Below are positions 33,711 to 46,065 of a DNA stretch of 64,000 bases, piece by piece (positions within the stretch are counted from its first letter, which is position 1; every line of letters starts with the position of its first letter). The notes under the pieces are model-generated. The model was not told the origin of the DNA and did no database searches. It saw only the letters and a list, made by a program, of their open reading frames with translations. The DNA lies in the IMG/VR virus record IMGVR_UViG_3300043411_000942, positions 1 through 64,000 of that record; one strand, 5' to 3'. Made by a program: the position numbers and the translations under genes.

Positions 33711-36700
33711 ACTCGAATGAAGCCCGAATGAAGCCAACCTTTGACATACCCGTTTCCCCCATCAGAGAGTATGGAGACAGAGAATCCACCGGAGGGTGGT
33801 GGTTACCTTCAACGCTGGATGTTGTTCTATACTTCGGAAGCCTGAGCGAGCGAGTTCAACGAGACGTCGTACTCTTGGGTGGGGGTCTATGTGATGTCTA
33901 CAGTAGCGACGGATCCCGCAAAGAACGAGTAAAAACTATACCCCTCCGCCGAGTTCCTATAGAGAGCAAGATTCTAGTTCCACCTATGGGACCTACCTCC
34001 CTACAGTGGTGTGCCCAAATAGTGGGGCGAATTTCATTCAAGAGCGTCAGGCTGCGTGCAAACATGCTGCCTCACCGTGTGGACAGTACACTTCACGCAG
34101 AGTTCAGTAGTTTCCCTAAGTACTCGTATGACGAAAATGACGTTTATACCACTACGCATAGGTACCTAACAACACTGTGCGGTATCTCCTGTGAAGCGGT
34201 ACCTACCGAGTCTATCCAACTTGGTATTCCAACCTGCCCCAAGTGCCTAGAGTCCAAAACCTGGACGTCCGCGATCGTTTTGCCTTACACGCCACCTGAG
34301 GTACTCCGTAAGAGAGATCGAAAGACCCAGCAAGAGCGTCGCGCTAGAGCAAGGATACCCTCAAGGTACGACCGTGCCCTAGAAGGCCCACAACCAAAAA
34401 CCTCAATTCTCCCCATCTACCAAGAGCTTGACCCAGAGGACCTCTACGTGGGACGAGAGTTGAAGCTTCAGGCTCGGGAGCGTAACTAGATGGACTCCAG
34501 AGTATCGATCTACAGCAGAGAGTTTACAGCAGCTGTTGAACGCGCAGACACTGCCGAGTTTACACTAGCTGAGGTTAGGCGCTTAGCTCAGGTCGTTCCG
34601 CCATCTACAGCTATGCAAACAACGGAAGAGGAGCGCAAGTACTGGAGCTACGACCCAGAGGTCCGCCCTCTTACCAAAGACCTTCAAGCTCTTCTGGAAG
34701 AGAACAAGAAGCTATGTACAAAGCTTTCAACGAGCTACGTATTGCCTGTGGCAGTCAAGTAGCGTACCTACCCATACGAGATGGAGTACTCGTCTTTCGA
34801 GATCTAGGCAACGCCATCGCAGATCGACTCAAGGGCTACACGGACCTACGCTCTACCACGATTCTGAAGAAGTGGGAGAAGGTGAAAAAGGTGTCTACAT
34901 GGCTTTGACCCGTGCTTGGGCACTGAATATAATTGGGTTCCAGGATGGTCCGCCACATAACCCCTCCGTGCGTGTCCAATGCCGAATGTCGGTTTTTCGC
35001 GACAAGGGGCTGGCAAAGCTGCACACTCAAATTTTGGGGTCTGATACTTGTATTCAACGAGTGCAGGCGAAAGTCACTAGGCTTACCAAGAACGATGGAG
35101 CATGGCGAATACCCGATGACCCAGAGGACCCGCTTCCTCTGCCTGGCATATACCCTACCCGGCTCGCTAAGATTCTCGCACGTCGAGTTCGCTACGGTGG
35201 TCCCAAAGGACGTCGAGCTGAAAAACGCATTCAGTGGTTAAAGCGTAACCGCAGGATCCGTAGTACTTGATGAAGCCAAGAACCCTCAGGTACAGAGACT
35301 GAGGCACCTGAGGGTTCTCGCTTCACCTTTCACTGGAGACCGCCATGATCCTCAAATACTACAGCCTCAAGTGCAACAACCTGGTGGTGGATTCAAACTA
35401 CCAGACTTTGGATGGAGCCCAAAAAGCCCTGGTAGAGAAGGCCACCTACCTTGAGTGGCATCGGGGAGTCTGTATCGCAAATAAGACTCCAATGTCCTTC
35501 GAGGCATCTTGGTACGGTGGGTCTGCTTACTGGGAAGTCGTAGAAGTCTCTTTGGAGTTGCTGTAATGCTACTAGACCAAATCGACTGGGAAGACCTGGA
35601 GTACCACCTGGAAACTCGTGAAGAAGATGACCCTGAGGCCATCCTTCACGAGTTAGCCCATGTTGTTGATGCTCTTGGCGCCAAAAGAGCCTTCCTAGGT
35701 GGCTTCGGAAACCAAAATAAGGTCCATCAAATCATCACGTCTACCTTCTCTACGCCAAAGGAGCTGGAAGCTACAGAGATGAGAGCAACGGCTATTACAG
35801 TCCAGGTGCTTGACATCCTTGCCCCAGAGATGAGTCACTTCGAGTCTGGTTACAATGCCATGCTTTCGAATCTTCCTAAGGGCGCTACAGCAACAAAAAG
35901 ACATCAAGCCTTGACCCAGTGCTTGACCTCACCCGCTGTTCAGTCCTCTGTGAAGGCCATACTGCTCTTCCTAGAGGACTTCCTTCACGAGGATGAGGAT
36001 GAGTAATAAAGACGAATTCCCCACAACGAGTACGATCCTACTTGTCACCCAGACTACAGCTCTACCGAAACGCCCACCAGGTAAGAAGACATGAATCACT
36101 GCTACTCTGACATCCTTTCTCGAATCAAAGACCCACCTCTATGGTTCGATGAGAATGCCGTCCCCCGTTGGTGCAAGTTTGAACCAGGGTTTGCGAACAT
36201 CTATGCAAGAGAGGCTGTTCTTGGAGTCGTCCGATGCCAGGCTTGCCATCGTGAGTTCCACGTAGCCATGTCGTGTACGAGGTATGAGGAGCACCAACTG
36301 AGTTCCCTTGCAGCCGATCGTCAGCTACATTACGGAGATCCACCAAATGTCGAATGTTGCGATGTTGGGTTGAGCATGAACTCGGAATTCCTAAGAGTCC
36401 TAGAGTTCTGGTCTAAGACCCGGTCTGGATGGGACTTCAATTGGACCAGGGTCCCTGAGCTTGAGGGGGTGGAGTATGACCCATAAAGACCAGTGCAGCT
36501 GTAACCTGTGCAATACTTACAAATTGCTACGTCTAGATAAAAACCCGTACCGAACATCTGACACAACAGACCACATCCGACGTTTGGAGGATCTCTTGCT
36601 AGAAGCTAAAGCTAAGTCACCAAGTAAATCTGAGACTAAGTGGCTAGTATTCACCATAGTCTCCGTGATTCTAGCTGGAGTGGCCTTCGACCAAAAGCAT

Positions 36701-37110
36701 TTACCTATTGGAGGTGCTTTTGTGTGCGTAGCTGGGCTATGTGCAATCATAGCCATTGCAACACTCCAGGAGAGACTGGACAAGGAAAGGCCGTGAGAGA
36801 GCTAGGACTCGTAGTCATCACGATGTATGGAAGTGGCGTTTTCCTAAACTTCGTTGACCTAGAACGATGGACCCAGATCCTAAACGTGAGAGATACCGCA
36901 CGTATTGGAGAGATTAGTAACTTTATCGCATGGTTGACCTGCGACAATGACCCTGACACTACGCCTCCAAAAGGTGCCCCTGAGAGACAGGGACACCTTA
37001 TCTCCTCTATCTGTGCCTCGGATTTCCGCATGAAGTCAACGGAGATAGAAGGGCACATTATTGGAGTGCTGACCGTCCCCCTCTAGTTCTCTTGTAAGCT
37101 CTCCTAGTAG

Positions 37111-37881
37111 ATGAGCTACGACTACGATCGACGGGTGGCAAAAAAGGGCTTCGACCCAGCCCAGTATGACCTTGACGGGCTCCTGAAAGGAGAGTCTGTC
37201 ACGTTGTACCATGGAACAACGAGGTCCTTTAAGGTGTTCGACCTGAACAAGAGCCGAACCGACCTGGTCGATCGATACTACGGAAGTGGTGTCTTCTTGA
37301 CGCCTTGGAAGTGGGTTGCGGAGAAGTACGCGAACGCAAATCGTAACATAGGGTTCGACCCTGAGATCATTGATGACCTCAAGAGAGCCAACCCAAAGGC
37401 CGGAGCCTTCATGCAGAAGCTCTACGACCTAGGGGATGACGCCTGGGAGGAGTTTACTTCCGAAGCCCTTGGAGTGCCCCCAGAGGGCCTCTGGGGGGCT
37501 GTTCAGAGTCTTGCTGGGGGCGTAGACCCAAATACGATTGCAGACGCCACTCGGTTCATCCTAGGCTCAAAGCTGAAGTCTTCCCTGGGGGACGCTGACT
37601 CGCTTAGCCTCTTTAGTCAGAGCACTGGGCTGCCAGGGCACATCTACGACAGTTTGGATGAGCTAGGAATTGACTCGTCAAACTACAGGCCGAAAGTCTA
37701 CAAGGTGGGAGTGAAGGTCGACAAGACCCTGGTTACTCCAAGCAAGTCTCTAGCCAAGTCGGCCAAGTCGAAGGGGTATGACGCTGTTATCTACCACGGG
37801 ACAGACCTTGTTGGAGGTGTTCCAGAGGTGGCGGTCTTCAACCCAAAAAATGTTCGAGTCCTAGGGGTGGAGCTTGTCTAA
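37111..37881 (+). CDS. ADP-ribosyltransferase-like protein (ART-PolyVal-type)
   Basis: LYHGT..F..FD....YYG.GVFLT....AE.YA and C-terminal GYDAVI.....EVAVFNP.NV, separated by a large insertion. Confidence 0.7.
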   Translation: MSYDYDRRVAKKGFDPAQYDLDGLLKGESVTLYHGTTRSFKVFDLNKSRTDLVDRYYGSGVFLTPWKWVAEKYANANRNIGFDPEIIDDLKRANPKAGAFMQKLYDLGDDAWEEFTSEALGVPPEGLWGAVQSLAGGVDPNTIADATRFILGSKLKSSLGDADSLSLFSQSTGLPGHIYDSLDELGIDSSNYRPKVYKVGVKVDKTLVTPSKSLAKSAKSKGYDAVIYHGTDLVGGVPEVAVFNPKNVRVLGVELV

Positions 37882-40800
37882 GCCGGTGTATTATATGACA
37901 TGATAATTGGAGCCATCCACCGTGTCCTGTATACGGTTGAAGTAGAGCAAGAGCATGAGCCGAGTGTTGGGAACCAGTACCAAGACCAAATGGGATGTAT
38001 CTGGCGCATTCGAGAGGTTCACCCAACCTCCAGAGCACGTACGATGTTCCGGAACCCCCAACCGACCTTTCCTGTTTGGGATGTCCAGTTTGAGGGGGAG
38101 CCCGATAGGGCCTCACGCCTACAGTACTTAGATGAGCTTGATGCGCTCTACGAGAAACGGCCAATCGGCACTCTCCCCTCGTGTCCCACTTCAACGATTT
38201 CAAGGGTCCCGTAGCCTTCGAGAGAGAAGGTCAAGAGTTCCCTCGTGACCCAAAACAGAACCCTAAGGACCAAAGAGACTTTCTGCCCTACCTACCCTGG
38301 CTCCATGTGTGGTGTGGGAGATCTGTCCTTTCAATGGTAAGTTCTGTGCGTGGGGTGAGATTGTCGATGGGGAGCCCAATGAAGGAGAGTCTAAGTGAAT
38401 ACCTTCCCTTGCATTGACTGCAATAACACTACGGAGTTCTACATGCTGGAGGACGAGGTGTGGCTAGCCGCTGTACCCGACTACCATGCTCGTAGGTATC
38501 AGCAACATGTGTACTGCTGCCTATCGTGCGTGGAAACACGACTCGGGCGCAAGCTAACCACCAAGGACTTCACCAACGCTAAGATCAACTCAGCACTGTT
38601 CTGGGGGTATTCGCTGGCAAAACGTGAGCGCTTCGAGGAGGGTGGAAGCTATGGAATCTCTATCCTCGCACCTCATGCCCTAAGCGTCTTTGAGATTCTG
38701 CCCCCTATGAAAGCATGTGAGAAGACATGAGCACAAGACTTCACCTCGGAGCCCTATGGGTTGTCTCTTGGCGTGTCCTCGATAAGTATGCAGGGATTCA
38801 AGATGGACATTGGTCCTATGCTGTGTTCACATCGAAAAAAGCAGCTGCTAAGCACCGGAACTACGTGCTTGACAATCGCTTTGCAGACTCAACCGTGGGA
38901 CCTAGAAGGTTCATTCCTCGTGATGCCAAGAATGCGGAGGCTGCCAGGTCAAATGACCACACCTAGGTGCAAGCGTTGCTACCACTGCAAGCACATCGAT
39001 CCTCCTATATGGCCTCACTTGCTGGGGTTAGTAGGGTTGATCTGCGGAATGCTTATCTCCGCTGGTATATTTCTTAGGTGCTCTCCATGAAAGCTCTCCA
39101 TAGTGGATGAGGTGAAGGCCATCACGACTGTTGAATATCCTTGATAGCCTCGACAAGAGCATCCATGTCATGCTTATCGTAATGAGTCCCTTCCAAAGGA
39201 GTCCTCTCCAAAGCGACTGCTATACGGTCTAGCTGCCTCTTGTGGTGCAGGATCATCTCATCAAGATCTGCGAGGTGCTTCTCTTGAAGCTCGGCCGTAA
39301 GCATCTCACGTTGCCTAGCAAGGAGCGCCTTGAGTTGAAATACCGGAATAGTCATTTGCCGCCCTTTATCGTAGGAAGCAGCCCGTAACTACGAGCCACC
39401 TCTTCCGCTGTCTTAACGTCAGCTCTCACCTCTCGAAGAGCTTTCTTGCCCTCCAGACGAAACGCCCCCCTGGTGAGACCGTCAAGAGTCCCATAGGTGC
39501 ATCGGAGGATACCCTCCACAAGTGGAGCCTCCTCCTCCGTGCAACCCGTAAGCTCCACAATGACCTTCGTGTAGTAGCTCACGGGAGATCAAACTCGTGG
39601 ATAATCACGTTCTCACCCTTGATCTTCAGGAAGATCGTCCCAGCATTGCTGAATTGCCAGCAATAGACCCGTCGAAAACGACGCTCACCGGCAAGTCGCA
39701 CCATTCTACTCGTAGGGGCGCCACTGCGGATGGTGTATCCTTCTCGTGTGAGACCGTACCGTGGGGTGGGCGTGAGCTTCATCTCTACAATGTCCATATC
39801 CACCCCTACGTAGATACGTGGGGGAGATTTAACAAAGAAAGAAAGACCATGACTAAGGATCCCTACGCGCCCATCACCGAGGGTGACATCGTTAATGTCA
39901 CCGGCTTCCCTGAGGTTCCCATGTTGGTTTGCACGAAAGGACCACACTTTGCAGACCTTATATGGTTCACAGCCGACCGAACCCTGCAAAAAGCCAGCCT
40001 ACCCATTTACATACTCGTCAAGGTTAGGTCGGAGCAAAAGGTCGACACGGCTAAGCCCCATGTAAACCCCAACCTCAGTCGTCCACGACTGGCCACCCTA
40101 GAAGAACTGTCACTGGAAGAGCCAGAATTGTCACGGGAAGAACTAATACGCTGTGCCAAGGAGATTGACCGCCAAGATGACTGATCAGAGATACGTTCGG
40201 TCTTTCGACACTCAAGATGCGTAAGTCCCTCTTTCAAGCTCTCGCGATGACTGACTCCAACCTGATTGTTGCTAAGTGGGCCTCCTGGTGCGTGTGTGGA
40301 CGGCTCATCCTAGGAGGAGATAAGTGCCACCAGGTAGCCAAGGGCTCCCAGGCACGACATCCCGAGTGCATAAGCCTCCCACCAAGGCCAAGCCGTAGAA
40401 AGCCACTGGCGGTTGATGTAGCCCAAGAGGAGGCTCTTAGAGCCAAGTCAGAGCGAAAGGCCCCCTAGAATGTCAATGAGCCAGGTTGTGTATATGGGCC
40501 CCTACCTTCAATTCACGCTGCTTCATGAGGCGTCGGACTTGAGCGAGGAGATAACACGCTTGAGTCGAGGTAAGTTGGACATTGTCCTAGGAGGCGACCA
40601 CCATGGGAAGAGAGAAGACCTAATCACCTTGATAGTTGCCAACCTCAAAGACTACAAGAAGTTTGGAGTCCAGGTCCTTCGCCAGGATGACATGGGAGGT
40701 CCCGCCTACCCCCAAGGCAGTGGGTGGTTGACCCCGACACTGAGAGGTGAGTATGGGGATGAGGTGAGTGCAATAGAGGAGAGATACGGAGTCTCTCTGA

Positions 40801-41407
40801 TAGAGGAAAGAGGAGTGGTACTTCAATGGGTGTAGGTAAGTTCGCAGAGCTACTTTTGATGGGCAGTGACTCCATGCTAGATGCTTCTATGCACCCCTTG
40901 ATTCGGAAGTGGGATGAGGAGCCTACCGCTATCCAGATTCTAGAGGTGCTCGACCACTGCATCCATGGAGCCCTAGCATCCGGATTTGTAGTCAAAGCCC
41001 TTCAGGTCGCTTACGACCTGGCCTGTATACGAGAATCTACAACGCATGAGGAGGTCGTTAAGCTCGCAACATGGAGAGAGGAGCTATGACCTTCCCCTTC
41101 CCAATTCTACGTAGGAGTCACCCCCCGGACCTCTACGACAACGAACCTAGTGTGATTGAACCAGGTGTGTGCATGAGACCACGATGTGGAGACGCACGAT
41201 GGAACCATCCAGAGAAGGGTGAGTTGGTCCTCTGCCAGAGTCATGCAGAAGAAGTGTTCCGTGGTGAGACGAGAGCGCCTCCCCTACGAACCGTTCAAGA
41301 CTACCAGGGAAGGGCCAACCGCAGTCACATCGTTCCACTGCCCCGAGTGTAGTAAGCACTGGGATGTCAGTAGAGTCGGAACCTACCTAACTCAAAACGA
41401 GTCAATC

Positions 41408-41444
41408 AAAAACCCCCTACAGGAGAGATCCTGTAGGGGGTTTT
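41408..41444. terminator. Bidirectional intrinsic terminator between convergent gene blocks
   Basis: aaaaaccccctacagga-gaga-tcctgtagggggtttt. Confidence 0.88.
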
Positions 41445-41465
41445 CAGCTTGGAGAGGGTAGGAGC

Positions 41466-42209
41466 TTACTTCCCTTGAAGGAAGTGCGCTTTCTCCTCGG
41501 AACTCAGGGTAAGCCGCTCTGTGACAACGGCAATAAGTTCCGCAAGTTCCCGCTTACCATTATCCGATCTGAGGTCACTCGGTCGGATGTTCTCAGGCCC
41601 TAGCTCGCCACCAACTCGGATCCCATGTTCAATCAACAGAGCCGCCTTCTTTCGAGTGTAGCCCAGGTAATCCTCAGGGGATGCTGTCAAGCGAAACCCG
41701 TGAGTGGAATGCAAATCGTTATCCTTTTTTCTCTGGGTTCTCACCCCAAGGCCAGGGATTCCCAAAGCCTTGACGTACTTCCGGAAAGGTGTGGCGTTGT
41801 AACGCCAAAACTGGATATGACTCTTGTCGTCATCGTCCTTGGCCTCCTGGACAGGGATTCTTTGGGCCCAGAGAGATGCAAACCGAAATGGAATCATATC
41901 TCCTGGGTGATACAGAACCGCGTATACCCCTAGACGTGTGAGGCGCTCAAGTACGGTTTCAAGGATTTCCTTCCCGTTTTCGTCAAACAAAAACATGGGG
42001 ATCTCCCCTGTCCTCATCGCCTCCTGCACTGAGTTGCAGGTACCACCACGGGGAGTTGGATGGTAACGTAGGACGTATGCGAGTTTGAGATGACCACTGA
42101 CTCGGAGCTTGCAGTTTGCAAGGGCCGTCTCCTGCGAGATACCAGGGAGTGGAGCAGGGAGATTGGTAGCGGGAGGGTTACGTCTGCTGTTTCTTCGTCT
42201 ACTTGCCAT
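41466..42209 (-). CDS. Hypothetical protein
   Basis: 247-aa ORF with a basic N-terminus. Confidence 0.7.
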   Translation of the reverse strand: MASRRRNSRRNPPATNLPAPLPGISQETALANCKLRVSGHLKLAYVLRYHPTPRGGTCNSVQEAMRTGEIPMFLFDENGKEILETVLERLTRLGVYAVLYHPGDMIPFRFASLWAQRIPVQEAKDDDDKSHIQFWRYNATPFRKYVKALGIPGLGVRTQRKKDNDLHSTHGFRLTASPEDYLGYTRKKAALLIEHGIRVGGELGPENIRPSDLRSDNGKRELAELIAVVTERLTLSSEEKAHFLQGK

Positions 42210-42225
42210 TAGCTTTCTCTTTCGT

Positions 42226-43239
42226 TCAATTCGATTGATCGTAGTTTTGCGAGATCAACTGCATTGCAGCACCATACTTCAGGTACTCGGGAGTGTGGAC
42301 CCCACCAATCTTATCCGGGTGTTTCATTTTGACAATCTTCTTGAATGCCGACTTCGCCCGTTGCAGATCTTCCGTACTGATATACCGCCCCTCAGGCGGA
42401 TCCACACCCAACGTGGCAAACGCACTACTAACTTCAGGAAGTATGAAGGTTGGAGCGAGGTTAGGGGCCCTAGTTGAAGTGGTGAGCTTCTTGATCCGCT
42501 TCAGGGTGCCTATGAAAATGTGGTCTAGTTCAATCCCCATCAAAGTAACTTGATGGTCGACTCCATCTGCGTACCTAGGATCATACTCTCCTTCTGACCG
42601 GACATGAGCACGGATAATGTCCTTAACCTGCTCAGTAAAAGCGTTAATGGTCGCGGAAGGGGTTATGAGGGTCTCCTCTACCTGAGAGTAATGGGCAGTG
42701 ATAACCTTTATGTAGGCCTCTGAAAATGCTTCTGAAAGTTTGGCATCTAGGCTTTCAGCGGGAAGGGTACTAGGAGGAGGCTTAACCTCCTTCTTAACTC
42801 TAGCCTTGGTCTTGCGTTGCACCTTTGCCACCAGAGAGGCTAGGGTGGCCTCCGCCTTCTTAGCCTTAGGCTCCCTCTTGGGCTTTACCTGAGTTACCTG
42901 AGGTTCAACCTCAGCTTGAACCTCAGGCTTAACCTTCTTTGACCTCTTCCGGGGCCTACTACGAATCTCCTCCTGGACCTGATTGTAGGTCTTGTCCCCA
43001 CTGTCTAGAGCCGCCCATTGGTCCTTAGAGCAATGGCGAGACACGAAGAGCGACTGACGTTTCTCCCAGTCGGAATCTAGGTTGGGAATCTGTCGAAGCA
43101 GAAACCCCTCTTCAGTGAACTTAGAGTCCGGACCCCGCTGCTTGAGGAGTTGGGACTCGTACTTGGCCTTGCCGTGTACAGTTAGGTTTTCGTAATCGTC
43201 AAGTAGCATGTTCGGTTCTTGGTTTTCTTGAGTGTACAT
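42226..43239 (-). CDS. Protein with a Lys-rich central region and a C-terminal J domain
   Basis: AFATLGV.......LQRAKSAFKKIVKMKHPDKIGG. Confidence 0.75.
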   Translation of the reverse strand: MYTQENQEPNMLLDDYENLTVHGKAKYESQLLKQRGPDSKFTEEGFLLRQIPNLDSDWEKRQSLFVSRHCSKDQWAALDSGDKTYNQVQEEIRSRPRKRSKKVKPEVQAEVEPQVTQVKPKREPKAKKAEATLASLVAKVQRKTKARVKKEVKPPPSTLPAESLDAKLSEAFSEAYIKVITAHYSQVEETLITPSATINAFTEQVKDIIRAHVRSEGEYDPRYADGVDHQVTLMGIELDHIFIGTLKRIKKLTTSTRAPNLAPTFILPEVSSAFATLGVDPPEGRYISTEDLQRAKSAFKKIVKMKHPDKIGGVHTPEYLKYGAAMQLISQNYDQSN

Positions 43240-43849
43240 TTGAACTAGGGTGTCCGGTTTAGGTGGTGGGCTTAGGGCGTGGTTGTGTGTACCAAACGAG
43301 GATACGACAGTGTCGATTGAGTTTTGAGGTTACAAGCTCCTTTAGAGACGCTCGGTCGACTACCGTGAACTTCGCCCTCAAGATTGTCTTACAGCTGCCA
43401 GAGATAAGCCCGTCTGTAACAAGGTTCTTGAAGAGCGTCCTACAGTACAGGGGCACATGGTATAGCTCGTTGACGTCTATCCCCCCGCATAGAGCCTCTA
43501 GAGTCACCGGCTGCGGCTCTAGTAGGAGACGTTTGATAGCAGTCTTCGCCCCCAACATTACTCGCCTAGACCTCTTGGGTACAGGCTCAACGTCGTCATT
43601 ATCCATCCCAAGAAAGTTCGTCGGTAGTGGCATTCAGAAACTCCGGTAAGGTTGTATGTGAGGTATACACCAGTCGCGAGGTCGAAAGATCACTAAAGTG
43701 CGCCAGACGTAGACGATTTCTAACATCACCGTCACTTCTGAAAAGGGTGTAGTACCGACAAGTTAGCGAGGGGGTGAAGCGACTCATGTTACATCCACCC
43801 CTCCTGGCCCCCCTTTGAAGGTGTAGAGGAGAGTGAAGGTGAGGACCTA

Positions 43850-44160
43850 GGGAGAGACCTATGGGGGATGGTCAGACATGGAGAGAGGAGTCAGACAGAG
43901 ACCCTCCCCTGGTCGTCCTAGAAGAGACAGAGAGAGGAGCCACCACCCTCACACGGACCTTAGCCCCCTATGAGAGACCCCAAGACCCATCATGGGGGAG
44001 TGAGGACCTTGGAGAGTCTACCCTAGTCTTCGGTCCTGTTGCCCTGCCCCTTGTGAGTCTAGTCTTTGTGAGTCTTTCTGCTCTGAGTCTAGTCTTCGGT
44101 TTGAGTCCCCCAGACCCCATCTAGTCTTTCTGTTCTGAGTCCCCCAGACCCCCGTATACC
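43850..44160. repeat. Intergenic repeat cluster (CTAGTCTT x4, TGAGTC x5, TGAGTCCCCCAGACCCC x2); candidate origin or protein-binding array
   Basis: CTAGTCTT at 44023, 44059, 44089 and 44121; 17-mer at 44102 and 44137; AGAC-rich left half. Confidence 0.7.
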
Positions 44161-44688
44161 AAACCCAGAACAGCTCTCTCGCCATTAAAGTCCAGAGACC
44201 TTAATTACAACCTTGTTGGTACGGGTTTTGCCGACGACTACAAGATCCAGGTACCTGTAAGAGTATACGGGAAACTAGCTAGTTACAGCCGACCCACATA
44301 GAGGCCGTTTTACCGTGCAATCAAGGCCCTAACAACTTCGGAGTATACGCTACAGTAAAGCGTAACGTAGGTCTCGTAGTCGCCTGGAATCGTGTCCTTA
44401 GGGAAGGCCACTTGAAAGTCCTTCCAAAGTGACATAGCGACAGACTCCACTTTGAAGTCTTGAGTTCCATGGCGTCTTACATTCTCAGTTGCAGCTTCCG
44501 TAGCCCAACGGACGACGTTCATCATGCAACTTACATCGATAGGCTGGGTCACTTCTTGAACCCAGCCCGCCCTTGTTCCCGTTGCCGTCGAAGCTCTTCC
44601 CGCTTCTTCTCTCGGATACGGGGAGTGAGGAAGATGGTGTTCTTGTCGACTAGGACGGGTGTTTGGGAGTTGTAAGTCTTCGGCTCTT

Positions 44689-44829
44689 TCACTCGGCAGC
44701 CCCCTCACGGAGGGCGTTGAGGCGGTCCTTTCGGATGCAGTTGCGGTTGTGCTTGCGGTCAGCACGACGGCGGGTCTTGCAGCCATCGCTGCTGTGGTTG
44801 GCCTTGGCGATCTTCTTCCAGGTGTTCAT
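44689..44829 (-). CDS. 46-aa Arg/Lys-rich peptide (below the ORF-track cutoff)
   Basis: MNTWKKIAKANHSSDGCKTRRRADRKHNRNCIRKDRLNALREGAAE; ATG 9 nt after promoter motif 44839-44864. Confidence 0.65.
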   Translation of the reverse strand: MNTWKKIAKANHSSDGCKTRRRADRKHNRNCIRKDRLNALREGAAE

Positions 44830-46065
44830 GTTGATACCTACGTAGGGGATGAGGGAGGGCTTAACCGGAAACCAACTCTTTGAAAGAAGGTTGCAGGTGG
44901 AAGCACCCTAGGACGGTCCCGCTCTCAGAGACATAGCCATGCTTCTCTAGGAAGTGGGCATCCTTCATCTGGGGCCAGCCTACGTAGTGGGCTTCACCTG
45001 GACGTCGGAACTCCTGCTCAGCCAGGGAGCGGATAAGACCTGAGTCCTTGATGGCTTGCAGCCGGTCTTGCAGGGAGCCGCCCGTCTTAGGGGTAGCTCC
45101 TGCCTTACCTGGTCTATTTTTTCTTGCGGGCATTTGGCTTCTTGGTGGTTTGAAGAGGGATGACTGGGATGGGTACGTACTTCTTCCCGTTCCAGTAGTG
45201 CTGAGCCGCCCTGGTCTCCTCTTCGGAGGGGATACGGTAGATGACCTCTTCATGGGTGTGGCCGAGGTTGCAGACCTGAGAGTGGGTTTGAACCACGAAG
45301 GTCTCCAGGACCTCAGAAGGAATGACCCCTACCGCATCGCAGTTGGTCTCATCCACTCGGTTGATCCATGAGAAACTTGCCTGACACTTGGGGCAGGCAG
45401 GATACTTTCCGTAGGGCTCAGGAAAGCAGCTGTAGTGCCCATACGAGCAGATTGCCTGTACTTCACCTTCGTAGCTCATTTGCTTTTTCTTTCAGGAGCG
45501 CTGGGGAGGGAGTAGGGGTTGTAGCCCTTGGCTCGAAGCTCAAGAATGCGAGCAGGAAGCTCAGCTAGCTCGTAGGTAGTGGGCTGGGGATCAGAGACAA
45601 TAAACTCGTGTGGGTAGAGCCAGGACTCGGAGGCAGCACACCAGTAGGTGAAGCGACCCTCTGGATCGTCTTGCACCAAGTGGAAGGTGCGGTAGGGGTT
45701 GGTCTTCTTCATTGAGCCACCACCTCGCAGATCTGCCACCAAGCGTCGCGGTCGCATGTCTCACCGCGTGGTCTCCGGTCTCCGGTCCTCCTCATGACGC
45801 CGTCATCTGCGACGGGCATAATGGTTCGGTGCTTTGTACATGTCTTTTGCATGGGATTGCCTCGACCCTAGTTGGGAATGTAGACCTTAACAGCCTTGCC
45901 GTTAACAACACGAGCGAAGGCGAGGCTAGCGGGGCCTCCGTGGTTTGCGTCGTTGTTGTACAGGAGGGCCCCCTCGGGGGCTTGCTGCACGGCCTGCCTA
46001 CGCGAGCCAAAGCAGCGGAGCCAGGTGGGGGCGCTAACCCAGGTGAGCTTCTTCATGTAGAGTCC

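Noticed and set aside
43861-44124. 87-aa ORF as a real gene
   Set aside because: It is a translation of the repeat tract, opposite to the local gene direction and without a promoter motif.
44310-44786. Single 158-aa protein
   Set aside because: The promoter position and coupled start/stop codons suggest three short genes instead (from 44829, about 44692 and about 44552).
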